Part shown: piece by piece, positions 35,681 to 46,717 of the stretch | Layout of the letters: every line of letters begins with the position of its first letter | How positions within the stretch are numbered: position 1 is the first letter of the stretch | DNA from: Alistipes sp. | GTDB taxonomy: Bacteria > Bacteroidota > Bacteroidia > Bacteroidales > Rikenellaceae | Length of the DNA: 64,000 nt | Reading direction: 5' to 3' | Assembly (NCBI GenBank): GCA_045613645.1 | Contig: JAZLBJ010000021.1 | Coordinates: 10,020-74,019 of the forward strand | The notes under the pieces: model-generated | Database searches by the model: none | Seen by the model: the letters and a program-made list of their open reading frames with translations, nothing else | Told to the model about the DNA's origin: nothing | Made by a program: the position numbers and the translations under genes

Positions 35681-36544
35681 ATGCTACGAAATATTTGGGA
35701 ATACCTAACAGATAAACGACAACTGTCGATGCGTGATCGTCAGGGCGAGGAGGTACACTGGAAGATAAATGTGTCTCCTTTGGCCATGTGGAGTAGCATC
35801 ATAACACTCCTCATAGTCGTCACCATCATCCTCCTACTACTCATGGCTCACACCTCGATATTGGAGATATTCCCCAGCTATCGTACCAAGGTTGACAACA
35901 TGCACGATATTCTCACCGCAGAGATTATGAATATCAGAGATATGGAGCAGAAGGTCGATGATATCCGCGAGTTCAACGATGCCATAACCACCATCCTTAA
36001 TGGTAGTACCCCCGCATCGCACTCTACAACACTTGCAGATGCCACACGCTACGACAAGACTACCGTAGCTCGCAGCGAGGCCGACTCACTACACCGCATC
36101 AAGATGGAGAGCGAGGGTAGCGACTATGCACTGAGCAATACCAAGCGCCCACGATACGAGGCCCCAATATTCTCGGCACCTATCGACGGCGTAGTATCTC
36201 GCCCCTTTAACGACCCACTGTCTGATGGCGACATTATACTCACCCCTCTGGGCTCTGATATGACCGTAATGGCCGTAGAGCAGGGCACCATAGTGGGCAT
36301 AAGCAACCAGACTGATGGCACCGTGGTTGTCACCATGCAGCATAGCGGTGGCTATGTGTCTGTATATGGCAACCTCAGCGAGTTGCTCGTGCGCCGAGGC
36401 AATAGAGTGAGCAGTGGCTCGGCCATAGGTCGAGTAGGCAGCATATCAGACGAAACTGTCAACCATAGCGCAGAGCTCAAGTTCGAGCTATGGCGCGATG
36501 GTGCGCTCTTAGATCCCGAACCATATATCAGCATCAGCAAGTAG
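35681..36544 (+). CDS. M23/LytM domain membrane protein, likely catalytically degenerate
   Basis: TM helix, coiled coil and M23 fold (QHSGGYVSVYGNL, FELWRDG..LDP), but HxxxD and HxH are absent. Confidence 0.8.
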   Translation: MLRNIWEYLTDKRQLSMRDRQGEEVHWKINVSPLAMWSSIITLLIVVTIILLLLMAHTSILEIFPSYRTKVDNMHDILTAEIMNIRDMEQKVDDIREFNDAITTILNGSTPASHSTTLADATRYDKTTVARSEADSLHRIKMESEGSDYALSNTKRPRYEAPIFSAPIDGVVSRPFNDPLSDGDIILTPLGSDMTVMAVEQGTIVGISNQTDGTVVVTMQHSGGYVSVYGNLSELLVRRGNRVSSGSAIGRVGSISDETVNHSAELKFELWRDGALLDPEPYISISK

Positions 36545-36546
36545 TC

Positions 36547-37713
36547 ATGACACCACACTATAACATAGCACTGCTTGGAGCTACAGGCTCCATAGGTCAG
36601 CAGACGCTCGACATCATACGACGAATGCCTGAGCGCTTCACCCTTGTGTCGGCCGTAGCACAGAGCCGCTGGAAGGAGCTCGCAGCTATAGCTCGTGAGT
36701 TCAATGTAAAGAGGGTTGTCATCGGCGATGCAAAACTCTTACCTAAGTTGGAGAAAGCACTTGCAGATTGCAACATAGAGATACTATCAGGCGAGGATGC
36801 CGTCAACGCTGTGGCCTCAGCTGATGATACCGACATGGTTATCAACGCTCTTGTTGGATACGCAGGACTTCACCCCACACTCCACGCCATAGAGCATGGC
36901 AAGCGCATAGCTCTGGCCAACAAGGAGACCCTTGTGGTGGCGGGCGACCTTGTGATGGCAGCAGCCAAGGAGCGAGGTGTCGACATTCTACCTATAGACT
37001 CGGAACATTCAGCAATCATGCAGTGTATGGAGGGCGAGAAGAGGGAGAGCGTGCGCAACATCATCATCACATGTAGCGGTGGTTCACTACGCAATGTACC
37101 CATGGAGCGTCTTGCGGAGGTGACACCAGCCGAGGCATTGCAACACCCCCAGTGGTCGATGGGCTCGAAGATTACCATCGACTCGGCGACGCTCGTGAAC
37201 AAGGGTTTCGAGGTTATCGAGGCACGCTGGCTCTTCGACCTTAAGCCCGAACAGATAAAGGTTGTTATACACCCACAGGCAATAATTCACTCCATGGTGG
37301 AGTTTACTGATGGAGCGGTGAAGGCACAACTTGGCACAGCAGATATGCATACGCCTATAAGCTATGCTATGCTCTATCCCGAGCGTGCTCCCCACAATGA
37401 GACTAACTTCTCGATGCTCGACTACCCCACACTCAACTTCTACGATGTGGATAGAGAGAAGTACCCCGCTCTGGATATCGCCTACGAATGTTTGCGACGC
37501 GGTGGTTCGGCAGCATGTACTATGAACGCAGCAAACGAGGTTGCCGTAGCCGCCTTCCTTAGAGGCGAGTGCACCATCCCCGACATTATTGGTGCAATAC
37601 GATATGCACTGAAGTATGCGCGCTACATAGCCAAGCCCACAATTGAGGATTATGACTTCGCCAACCGCGAGGCCCGAGGGCTTGCCGAGCGTTTCATAGC
37701 GCACCTTCACTAA
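36547..37713 (+). CDS. dxr: 1-deoxy-D-xylulose-5-phosphate reductoisomerase
   Basis: LGATGSIG, LANKE, PIDSEHSAI, HPQWSMGSKITIDSAT, NAANE. Confidence 0.96.
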   Translation: MTPHYNIALLGATGSIGQQTLDIIRRMPERFTLVSAVAQSRWKELAAIAREFNVKRVVIGDAKLLPKLEKALADCNIEILSGEDAVNAVASADDTDMVINALVGYAGLHPTLHAIEHGKRIALANKETLVVAGDLVMAAAKERGVDILPIDSEHSAIMQCMEGEKRESVRNIIITCSGGSLRNVPMERLAEVTPAEALQHPQWSMGSKITIDSATLVNKGFEVIEARWLFDLKPEQIKVVIHPQAIIHSMVEFTDGAVKAQLGTADMHTPISYAMLYPERAPHNETNFSMLDYPTLNFYDVDREKYPALDIAYECLRRGGSAACTMNAANEVAVAAFLRGECTIPDIIGAIRYALKYARYIAKPTIEDYDFANREARGLAERFIAHLH

Positions 37714-37778
37714 TTAACTACGACCATCAGTATTAACCGCTGAATAACAAACAGATAATAATAAAATAACAGATAATT

Positions 37779-39122
37779 ATGAGTGTAATTCTAATCAAAG
37801 TTCTCCAGTTCTTCGTGTCGCTATCACTTCTTGTGATGATTCACGAATTTGGACACTACATCACGGCACGCATCTTCAAGATTCGTGTTGAGAAGTTCTA
37901 CCTTTTCTTCAACCCATGGTTCTCGCTCTACAAGCGTAAGATTGGTGACACCACATATGGTGTGGGTTGGTTGCCATTGGGCGGTTATGTATCGCTCTCG
38001 GGCATGATTGACGAGTCGATGAACACTGAGCAGATGCAGCAGGAGCCACAGCCTTGGGAGTTCCGCACCAAGCCAGCATGGCAGCGTCTTATAGTTATGC
38101 TCGCGGGTGTATTTATGAATGTCATCCTTGCCATGATTATCTACTCGGGTATGCTCTTCACATGGGGCGAGACATACTTAGACAACGCCAATGTTAAGTA
38201 TGGTTACGAGTTCAGCGAGGCGGGTGAGAAGCTCGGCTTCGAGGATGGCGATAAGATTGTGAGCATCGATGGCAAGACAATTGGCGACACACAGAATATC
38301 GGCATGCAGCTCCTTATCTCGGACAACGAGCGTAAGGTTGAGATTATTCGACACAATGAGCCTCAGACTCTCACCATATCGTTGGATAAGCTCGTGGCTA
38401 TGCGCGAGAACGATGGATACAAGGGTCTATACACAGCTATCGAGGAGCCATACATCGTTGAGGAGGTAATAAACGAGGTGGGTATCGATGGTGGTTTCCG
38501 TCAGGGCGACCAGATTATAGCCGTTGGTGACAAGGCGCTATACAGCGGTGAGAACATCAGCGAGGAGCTCTTGGCACATAAGGGCGAGGAGGTGGCCATC
38601 ACCGTACTTCGCTACGAGGAGGGTGCACCTGTGCGCGATACCCTAACAACAACACTTAGCAATGAGGGTATGATTGCCAATGTTAAGTTCCAGGCCGTGG
38701 ATAGTATTGATATGACACATATCGAGTACGGCTTCTTTGAGGCTATACCTGCGGGTATAATGGTTGCAGGCAAAGAGATTGCGTCATACTGGGAGCAGCT
38801 CAAGATGATTGTAGACCCCGACACCAAGTTGTACAAGGAGGTGGGTGGCTTCCTATCTATCGGTAGCATCTTCCCCGACACTTGGGATTGGTATAGCTTC
38901 TGGCGTATCACAGCACTTCTATCTATCATGCTTGCAGTGATGAACCTACTCCCAATTCCAGGTCTCGATGGCGGTCACGCCCTCTTCACCCTTTGGGAGA
39001 TTATCACACGCCGTAAGCCAAGCGATAAGTTCTTGGAGGTGATGCAGTGGATAGGTCTTATCATCCTCTTTGCATTGCTTATCTACGCCAACGGTAACGA
39101 CATCTTCAAACTATTCAGCTAA
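37779..39122 (+). CDS. rseP: RIP metalloprotease RseP
   Basis: HEFGH, PLGGYV, PDZ domains, NLLPIPGLDGG. Confidence 0.95.
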   Translation: MSVILIKVLQFFVSLSLLVMIHEFGHYITARIFKIRVEKFYLFFNPWFSLYKRKIGDTTYGVGWLPLGGYVSLSGMIDESMNTEQMQQEPQPWEFRTKPAWQRLIVMLAGVFMNVILAMIIYSGMLFTWGETYLDNANVKYGYEFSEAGEKLGFEDGDKIVSIDGKTIGDTQNIGMQLLISDNERKVEIIRHNEPQTLTISLDKLVAMRENDGYKGLYTAIEEPYIVEEVINEVGIDGGFRQGDQIIAVGDKALYSGENISEELLAHKGEEVAITVLRYEEGAPVRDTLTTTLSNEGMIANVKFQAVDSIDMTHIEYGFFEAIPAGIMVAGKEIASYWEQLKMIVDPDTKLYKEVGGFLSIGSIFPDTWDWYSFWRITALLSIMLAVMNLLPIPGLDGGHALFTLWEIITRRKPSDKFLEVMQWIGLIILFALLIYANGNDIFKLFS

Positions 39123-39133
39123 GGTAGTGCCCT

Positions 39134-40492
39134 ATGGCAAAGTTGAAGCGCACATTCTTCTGCACAGCCTGTGGCTACGAGACACCCAAGTGGTTGGGTA
39201 AATGTCCCTCGTGTGGCGAGTGGAGCACCATCACTGAGCACACCGTAGCCAAGGAGTCGTCGTCGGTAGCCACACGCATAGCCTCGGCCCCCAAGGCCGA
39301 GCCACGCCTTGTGCAGGAGATTTCGGAGCAGACCACACAGCGCATAGATGTGGGCAACAGCGAGATTAACAGAGTGCTTGGCGGAGGTCTTGTACCAGGT
39401 TCGCTGGTGCTTTTGGGTGGAGAGCCAGGCATTGGCAAGTCGACACTATCGCTTCAGCTCGCTCTCACAGACAATGGCCTTAGGAGCCTATATGTCTCTG
39501 GCGAGGAGTCTGCCGAGCAGATTAAGATGCGTGCACATCGCATAGGCATCAACAATCAGTGCTGTACCGTATATACCGAGACACTGCTTGAGAATATCGT
39601 CTCGGTTATTGAGGAGCAGCGCCCCGAGGTGGTGATTATAGACTCCATACAGACGATATACACCGACCTTGTGGAGTCGTCGGCAGGTAGCGTAACACAG
39701 ATTCGCGAGTGCGCAGCAACACTACTTAAGGTGGCCAAGATGATGGGTATATCTATCTTCATCATAGGCCATATAACCAAGGATGGCACCATTGCTGGTC
39801 CAAAGATTTTAGAGCATATCGTCGATGTAGTCCTCCAGTTCGAGGGTGACGGCAACCACACCTACCGCATACTTCGCGGCATAAAGAATCGCTTTGGTGC
39901 AACCTACGAGATAGGTGTCTTTGAGATGCGCGACTACGGCTTGCGCTCGGTGGACAACCCCTCGGAGATACTCCTCTCGCACTACGACGAGCCACTATCA
40001 GGCTGTTCTGTAGGTGCTGCGGTGGATGGCATACGCCCCTACCTTATCGAGGCACAGGCCTTGGTGGGCAACGCCACATACGGCACTCCTCAGCGCTCGG
40101 CAACGGGCTTCGACCAGCGAAGATTGAATATGCTCCTGGCGGTATTGGAGAAGCGCGTGGGCATGAAGATGTACCAGAAGGATGTATTCCTCAACTTCGC
40201 CGGAGGCTTCAAGATTGCCGACACGGGCATGGACCTCGCCGTTGTTGCGGCCATCATATCGTCGTACTACGACCGTCCTCTTATGGAGGGTGTATGTTGT
40301 GCTGGTGAGATAGGTCTATCGGGAGAGGTGCGCCCAGCACCACGCACCGAGCAGCGTATATCGGAGGCAGCACGCCTAGGCTTCAAGCGCATTGTGGTAT
40401 CGAGTTTCGTGGAGAAGAGCATAAAGCGTCCCAAGGGTATCGATGTGGTCTTTATCTCAAGCATTGACCAACTCCCCAAGTCACTATTTTAG
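39134..40492 (+). CDS. radA: DNA repair protein RadA/Sms
   Basis: CxxC-CxxC zinc finger, GEPGIGKST, KNRFG, GEIGLSGEVR. Confidence 0.97.
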   Translation: MAKLKRTFFCTACGYETPKWLGKCPSCGEWSTITEHTVAKESSSVATRIASAPKAEPRLVQEISEQTTQRIDVGNSEINRVLGGGLVPGSLVLLGGEPGIGKSTLSLQLALTDNGLRSLYVSGEESAEQIKMRAHRIGINNQCCTVYTETLLENIVSVIEEQRPEVVIIDSIQTIYTDLVESSAGSVTQIRECAATLLKVAKMMGISIFIIGHITKDGTIAGPKILEHIVDVVLQFEGDGNHTYRILRGIKNRFGATYEIGVFEMRDYGLRSVDNPSEILLSHYDEPLSGCSVGAAVDGIRPYLIEAQALVGNATYGTPQRSATGFDQRRLNMLLAVLEKRVGMKMYQKDVFLNFAGGFKIADTGMDLAVVAAIISSYYDRPLMEGVCCAGEIGLSGEVRPAPRTEQRISEAARLGFKRIVVSSFVEKSIKRPKGIDVVFISSIDQLPKSLF

Positions 40493-40522
40493 ACTATAGA
40501 TATAATTATAGGTAACAACAAT

Positions 40523-40563
40523 AAATAGAAAACCCAAGGCCGCAGACCTTGGGTTTTCTATTT
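40523..40563. terminator. Bidirectional terminator
   Basis: AAATAGAAAACCCAAGG...CCTTGGGTTTTCTATTT perfect 17-bp stem between convergent genes. Confidence 0.85.
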
Positions 40564-40580
40564 GTATACGCCTAAACAGA

Positions 40581-42071
40581 CTACAAGAATCGAGCACCAG
40601 CTAACTGACTTGTCGTTCTAATCTCAGGATTAGTAACATCTGGCAGTGCGCAACGGGTATAGACAGACACCTCACCACTATCGGTTGTCGATGTCCATGT
40701 CATTGTATCACCATCCAAGGTAACATAGTAGGCGTGTGCCCATGCTACACCATCGGTGTACTTACCAGCGATTATGCCATCCTCGTACGCCACAAGGCTA
40801 TAGTAGGTCTCCCATAAGCGACTATCGATGCGCTGGAAGAGCGACACCACGCCATCCTCAGTGATGCTAAGATATACATCGAACGATGGCTCAGTACCAC
40901 GCCACTCGGTCAAATGCCACTCGCCAGAAAGCGCAGTAGTGTCGGCATCACCCGATACAGGGGGTGCGGGAGGTGTTGGGGGCGTTGGAGGCTCCTCAAC
41001 AGGAATTGTCACTAAGACACACTCCGAGATAGGCATCTTAGCACTCGCTATGACTGCTCCATAGAACTCATAGGTGGCACCCGGCTCAAAGCGACTTAGT
41101 GGCAGAGATAGGCTCATACCGCTATCCTCATCATACTTAACCTCGATAAAGTCTCTATCCGTCATTATCTCATCATCACCATACTCACGATAGATAAATC
41201 CATATCTGAGATTATAATAATCGTCAAGCTCTATGCCGTCGAAGTACACCCTCACACTCTTAACACTAAGCATGAGGTTTTCACCATTTATCTCAGCGGT
41301 TGGTGTAGCTATATCAGCCACAACCTCTGCATAGCTGGTCTCAAACGACTTGGTGACTGAGTAGCTATCATAGTTGGCATCCTCAGGTATGATTGTAACA
41401 CGACAGCTATACTCGCTGCACTCCTCAAGGTACTCCTCACCATGGGCAGGTATTCGTAGAGTTGTAGCACCATTCTCAAGGACTGAGCCATCAACATCAA
41501 CAGCTATCCACTCGCCACTACCAGAGTACTTACGGCGATACTCTACCACAACGCTCTCTATTGGCTGCGCCACAGCATCAAGCGTAAATTGCACATTCGA
41601 TAGCTTAACATCGGCATATAGACCCTTAGCATCAATATCGCACTCGCAGCCATACTCAGCTACAGGGGTATGCTCCTTAGTTATAACTGGGAAGGCATCA
41701 CATGACTCCTGGCCATACTCTGCACCAACGGTGATAGATGCCTGGTATCTGGTTCCGGTCTTTAGACCCTCAAGCTCGAAGATGACATAGCCATTAGAGT
41801 CTCTGTACTCCTCAACCTTAGTCACATCATTGGGGTTACTCTCAACCCAATACTCAAGGTATATCTCTGGGGTTTCAACCTTCTTGCCATCAACAGTTAT
41901 GTATGGTTTGACTGCCTCTACAGTAGCACTATTCTCGGTAGTCTGAACCTCCACAGTGCTAAAGTAGTAAACCACATCGGGCTTTGTCTCCTCAATGATT
42001 ACAGGCTCACATGACACCAAAGCTACAACCGCAGCAAACAATATATATAGAAATCTCTTCATAATACTCAT
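40581..42071 (-). CDS. Lipoprotein with FN3-like modules, Pro-rich linker and C-terminal lipocalin-like domain (start may be 42062)
   Basis: Lipobox LVSC; LEGLKTGTRY and FEPGATYEF FN3-like ends; PPTPPTPPAPP; LSGEWHLTEW. Confidence 0.7.
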   Translation of the reverse strand: MSIMKRFLYILFAAVVALVSCEPVIIEETKPDVVYYFSTVEVQTTENSATVEAVKPYITVDGKKVETPEIYLEYWVESNPNDVTKVEEYRDSNGYVIFELEGLKTGTRYQASITVGAEYGQESCDAFPVITKEHTPVAEYGCECDIDAKGLYADVKLSNVQFTLDAVAQPIESVVVEYRRKYSGSGEWIAVDVDGSVLENGATTLRIPAHGEEYLEECSEYSCRVTIIPEDANYDSYSVTKSFETSYAEVVADIATPTAEINGENLMLSVKSVRVYFDGIELDDYYNLRYGFIYREYGDDEIMTDRDFIEVKYDEDSGMSLSLPLSRFEPGATYEFYGAVIASAKMPISECVLVTIPVEEPPTPPTPPAPPVSGDADTTALSGEWHLTEWRGTEPSFDVYLSITEDGVVSLFQRIDSRLWETYYSLVAYEDGIIAGKYTDGVAWAHAYYVTLDGDTMTWTSTTDSGEVSVYTRCALPDVTNPEIRTTSQLAGARFL

Positions 42072-42080
42072 CGTTTAGGA

Positions 42081-43964
42081 TTACAACCAACCGCCGTTAG
42101 ATGCTGCCATGCCGCGCACCACAACCTCAAACTCACGCTCCACATATGAGCCACCAATGTAGTCGCCACCCACATGGTCACCACCAACGATAGCCTTTAC
42201 GGAGATACGACCCGAACCAGGCTTCGTAGCCTTAATTTGAAGCATTCCATCCACAATTTTGAGGGTCTCGATGCCTAGCTGCGTACGCACATCATTCGAG
42301 GCGCTGCACTCCTGGTAATTTAGCTTCTCTGATGCACCACCAAAGTACTCGTCGAGCGACAAGATAGCCTCGTTATTGGTAGTGATATATAGACAAGGAG
42401 TGCTATCCATCTGCATAAGCAAGAGGTGGGCATCAATATATCCCGAGCCGAGCTTACCGACATATGGGGCAAGATAGAGATTCACATACTGACTAGCATT
42501 GTAGTCGAAGTATTGCTTCAAGCCTGTCTGATAAGTATTAACATCGTGCACCGAGGTGAGTATCAAGCGGTGAAGCTCGTCGGCAGTAAGCGTATAACCA
42601 TGCTTCAAGGCATACGACACAGCAAGAGCTGCACAACCCGACACATGGGGTGTCGCCATAGAGGTACCCTGCATATACTCATAGCCATCCTTCTCGGTAG
42701 TAGAGACAGATGATATGGTTAGATATGTGCCATAGTAGGCATCGCCACCAGGAGCGCAGATATTCACACCTGGGCCATAGTTGGTGTAGTACGCTGCCGT
42801 ATAGTCCGACGACATTGCCGATACGGAGATATAGTCACGATAGGCCGCTGGATATGCCGACTCGTGGTATGTCTCGTTGCCTGCAGCAAAGACAACCAAG
42901 CCACCCTCCATGACACCATCAAGGCGAGCTTTCTCCTTGAAGTAGGTAAAGGCTTCCTTGAGCACAGAGTCATAGTACTCATACTCATTGTCACCAGTAT
43001 AGCCGCCATCTTGTGGGTCGTAGCCCCACGAGTTGTTGATGATAACGGCACCATTGTCCGCCGCATACTTCACACCCTTAGCAATTTGGTGTGTATAGCA
43101 ACCCTCCTCGCCCTCGAAGATCTGTATAGACATAAGCTTGACACCGTCGCCATTACCCGTACCACCAGCAATGCCACATACAGCATAGCCATTATTATTC
43201 ACAGCCGAGATAGTACCAGCCACATGTGTACCGTGGTCGTCGGCAGTGACATTGCCACTGTCTGCCACGAAGTTATAGCCGTGGATATCATCAACATAGC
43301 CATTGCCATCATCATCGACACCCGTCACGCCATTTTTCTCAGCCTCGTTCACCCACATATTGTCGGCAAGGTCGGGATGGTTGGCCATGATACCACCATC
43401 GCACACCGCAACAATCACGCGGTTATCTCCCGCGGTGTACTTCCATGCATTGAGGAGGTTGATATCAGCACCTGCCACACAAAGTTCGGGGTCGAGCGAG
43501 CCATCGTTATAGTAGTGCCACTGCCACTCCAACTCAGGGTCATTGAAGGGGAGGGATGTTGCACGGGTAGTAGCTGGGCGCGACTCAGGCATAGGCACCT
43601 TCTTGCCCTCGATACGCTTCATGAGTCTATCATACTCCACGCGCACCACGCGGCTATCCTTGGCAAGAGCCTCGGCAACAACACCATTTGTCAAGGGCTC
43701 GTCGAAGCTCACCATCACCCATCTATCGAGCTTCTCATCGACCTTACCGCCAAAGAGTGGCTCGACACTAAGCTCCATGCCCTCGATACTAAACTCATCG
43801 GTGGCGGCATCGAGCATCACAAGAAGACGCCCTGTAGCAGCACTCTCGCTGGCGTAGTAGATCTTATCGCTTGGCGTGCTATTAAGAGGAATATCGCCAA
43901 GAGGCTCATTCACACAGGCCGTAAGAGCGAGTGCAAGGAGCGATGCAAGAAAGAATCTCTTCAT
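42081..43964 (-). CDS. S8 subtilisin-like serine protease, lipoprotein
   Basis: Lipobox LTAC; triad VAVCDGG / HGTHVAG / GTSMATP; AAGN oxyanion motif. -7 box at 44007-44014. Confidence 0.93.
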   Translation of the reverse strand: MKRFFLASLLALALTACVNEPLGDIPLNSTPSDKIYYASESAATGRLLVMLDAATDEFSIEGMELSVEPLFGGKVDEKLDRWVMVSFDEPLTNGVVAEALAKDSRVVRVEYDRLMKRIEGKKVPMPESRPATTRATSLPFNDPELEWQWHYYNDGSLDPELCVAGADINLLNAWKYTAGDNRVIVAVCDGGIMANHPDLADNMWVNEAEKNGVTGVDDDGNGYVDDIHGYNFVADSGNVTADDHGTHVAGTISAVNNNGYAVCGIAGGTGNGDGVKLMSIQIFEGEEGCYTHQIAKGVKYAADNGAVIINNSWGYDPQDGGYTGDNEYEYYDSVLKEAFTYFKEKARLDGVMEGGLVVFAAGNETYHESAYPAAYRDYISVSAMSSDYTAAYYTNYGPGVNICAPGGDAYYGTYLTISSVSTTEKDGYEYMQGTSMATPHVSGCAALAVSYALKHGYTLTADELHRLILTSVHDVNTYQTGLKQYFDYNASQYVNLYLAPYVGKLGSGYIDAHLLLMQMDSTPCLYITTNNEAILSLDEYFGGASEKLNYQECSASNDVRTQLGIETLKIVDGMLQIKATKPGSGRISVKAIVGGDHVGGDYIGGSYVEREFEVVVRGMAASNGGWL

Positions 43965-44073
43965 TTTAAGTTTTATAATTCTCGTTTTACACACATCTAT
44001 CGGTCTCAAAGATACAAAAAAGAGTGAAACACAACGCTTTGACGCATCATAATTTCACTCTTTAGTTATCCGT

Positions 44074-45129
44074 TTAGAACTGGCCAAGTTTGAAGACTAT
44101 CTTGTTGCAATACAACTCGTCGGCCTTAAGCTCTACAGAAGGGAACTCTGGATGGTTCACAGCATCGCTATAGCCCTGACACTCGATAGCCACACCCGCA
44201 TAGTCCTGGTAGTACTTATCCGACTTGGTCAATGGACATCCACCCGAAAGCCAGTTACCCGTATAGAGCACAGCTGCTGGCTGCGACGATAGTATCGTAA
44301 CCCTACGGCCTGTAGCCTCGCAACGCAACTCGCCAATCTCCTTAAGGATGTTCTTCTCGTAGCCATCCACAACAAAGCAGTGGTCGTAGCCTCGATAGTT
44401 GCGAATATTGTTGAACTCGGCATCTATATCTGTGCCGAACTTACGCCATGTGGTGAAGTCCATAGGCGTGCCCTCAACATCGAGAAGCTTGCCCGAAGGG
44501 ATAAGCGTAGTATCCATCTCCAACACCTTAGAGCAGTTTAGGCGTAGCTCATGGTCGAGGATTGTCTTGTCCGAGCCCTCGCCATGGAGATTCCAATATA
44601 GGTGGTTGGTAAGGTTACAGAGGGTATTCTTATTCGACTTAGCGATATATGTAATCTCTAGGTTGTCCTCATCGTCAAAGTCGTAGATAGCCTCAACAAT
44701 CAACTCACCAGGATAGCCCTGCTCCATATCCTCCGACACATAGCTGAACACTACCCTATTGGTCTCAACACGACCCTCCCAATAGCGGTTAGCAAAGCCC
44801 TTAGAGCCACCATGTAGGTGGTTAGGGCCATTGTTAACCTCCAAGCGGTACTCCACGCCATCGATGACCATCTTACCGCGAGCGATACGACCAGCCACAC
44901 GACCAACACTCTTTCCACTCGCTGCGCCATCGCCGATATAGCTTGTTGGCTCCTTATAGCCGAGAGCCACATCGTCGATATTACCATTGCGGTCTGCAAA
45001 CTTAACGCTCACAATAGATGCGCCTATGTTACATAGCTGAACCTCCGAGCCACGGCTATTACGCATGGTGTAGAGGATGATGCCCTCACCCTCAGGTGTA
45101 GAGCCCCATATATGCTGCAAAATCTCCAT
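44074..45129 (-). CDS. galM: Aldose 1-epimerase (galactose mutarotase)
   Basis: NNGPNHLHGG, GYPG, NLTNHLYWNL, GYDHCF, AIECQ. Confidence 0.93.
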   Translation of the reverse strand: MEILQHIWGSTPEGEGIILYTMRNSRGSEVQLCNIGASIVSVKFADRNGNIDDVALGYKEPTSYIGDGAASGKSVGRVAGRIARGKMVIDGVEYRLEVNNGPNHLHGGSKGFANRYWEGRVETNRVVFSYVSEDMEQGYPGELIVEAIYDFDDEDNLEITYIAKSNKNTLCNLTNHLYWNLHGEGSDKTILDHELRLNCSKVLEMDTTLIPSGKLLDVEGTPMDFTTWRKFGTDIDAEFNNIRNYRGYDHCFVVDGYEKNILKEIGELRCEATGRRVTILSSQPAAVLYTGNWLSGGCPLTKSDKYYQDYAGVAIECQGYSDAVNHPEFPSVELKADELYCNKIVFKLGQF

Positions 45130-45130
45130 A

Positions 45131-46663
45131 CTACAACTGTGGTGTCACATTAGCAATAAGGTTGTCGATACGCTTCAAGCACTCATCCTTACCGATGAAC
45201 TCAGTAACATCGAACATTCCTGGGCCCTTACCAGCACCCACAAGTGCCAAACGCAAGGTGTTCATCACCTGACCCAAAGAGTAGCCCTCAGCCTCAAGCC
45301 AGGCGCGTACCACGGTCTCGGTATTCTCCTTAGAGAAGTCCTCGATACCCTCCAACACACCACGCAACTTAGCGAGCATAGCTGGGTTATCGCCCTTCCA
45401 CTGCTTCTTAACGAGCTTATCCTCATACTCCTCAGGAGCTACGAAGAAGAATGATGTCAAATCCCACATATCTGTTGTAAGGGTCATACGCTCCTTCATG
45501 ATACCCGCAGCCTTACCAGCAACCTCATCAGACACCTCTATACCATTAGCCTTAAGGATTGGCTGCATATATACTGCCAAGGCCTCATCCGAGAGGTTAT
45601 GCATATACTGAGCATTGAACCACTTAGCCTTATCGGGCTGGAAACGAGCACCCGCCTTAGATACACGATCGAGCGAGAATGCCTCGATAAGCTGCTCCAT
45701 AGAGAATATCTCCTGCTCAGTACCTGGATTCCAACCAAGCAAAGACAACATATTGATGAATGCCTCAGCCAAGTAACCATCCTCACGATAACCTCGCGAG
45801 GTCTCACCCGTAGGCGATGTCCAGAACAATGGGAATACTGGGAAGCCCATCTTATCGCCATCGCGCTTCGAGAGCTTACCGCTACCTGTAGGCTTTAGCA
45901 ACAAAGGCAAGTGAGCGAACTCAGGCTGAGTATCGGTCCAACCAAAGGCACGATACAACAGATAGTGCAAAGGCAACGATGGCAACCACTCCTCACCACG
46001 GATAACATGCGACACCTCCATAAGGTGGTCGTCAACAATGTTAGCAAGATGGTAGGTAGGAAGGGCATCTGCCGACTTATACAACACCTTGTCATCCAAA
46101 GTCGAGGTGTTAACCTCCACATGGCCACGGATAAGGTCATCCATCTTGACAATCTCGTTCTCAGGCATCTTGAAGCGCACAACCCACTGGTCGCCACGCA
46201 CAATGCGCTCATTGACCTCCTCCTCCGATAGGCTCAACGAGGTTGGTAGCTTCTCGCGCACCTCATAGTTATAGGCAAAGGTCTTGCCTGCAGCCTCAGC
46301 CTCTGAGCGCAACTTCTCCAACTCCTCAGGGGTATCGAAGGCGTAGTATGCCCAGCCTGCATCGATAAGCTGCTTGGCATACTTCAAGTATATCTCACGA
46401 CGCTCGCTCTGACGATATGGAGCGTGAGGACCACCCACACCAACACCCTCGTCAATCTCGATGCCGCACCACTTGAGCGACTCGATAATATACTCCTCGG
46501 CACCTGGCACAAAGCGCTGCGAGTCGGTATCCTCGATACGCAAAATCATCTTACCGCCATGACGACGAGCAAAGAGGTAGTTATAAAGAGCGGTACGCAC
46601 ACCGCCAATATGTAGAGGTCCAGTAGGACTTGGTGCGAAACGCACCCTTACTTCACGATTCAT
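45131..46663 (-). CDS. gltX: Glutamate--tRNA ligase
   Basis: [25 protein letters not shown]. Confidence 0.97.
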   Translation of the reverse strand: MNREVRVRFAPSPTGPLHIGGVRTALYNYLFARRHGGKMILRIEDTDSQRFVPGAEEYIIESLKWCGIEIDEGVGVGGPHAPYRQSERREIYLKYAKQLIDAGWAYYAFDTPEELEKLRSEAEAAGKTFAYNYEVREKLPTSLSLSEEEVNERIVRGDQWVVRFKMPENEIVKMDDLIRGHVEVNTSTLDDKVLYKSADALPTYHLANIVDDHLMEVSHVIRGEEWLPSLPLHYLLYRAFGWTDTQPEFAHLPLLLKPTGSGKLSKRDGDKMGFPVFPLFWTSPTGETSRGYREDGYLAEAFINMLSLLGWNPGTEQEIFSMEQLIEAFSLDRVSKAGARFQPDKAKWFNAQYMHNLSDEALAVYMQPILKANGIEVSDEVAGKAAGIMKERMTLTTDMWDLTSFFFVAPEEYEDKLVKKQWKGDNPAMLAKLRGVLEGIEDFSKENTETVVRAWLEAEGYSLGQVMNTLRLALVGAGKGPGMFDVTEFIGKDECLKRIDNLIANVTPQL

Positions 46664-46717
46664 ATTTATGTTCTATAATTTTTTATGTTATATAATTTTT
46701 GTTATTCCGTTGTTCAG

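Noticed and set aside
42864-44027. 387-aa plus-strand ORF
   Set aside because: Antisense shadow of the S8 protease; no recognisable motifs.
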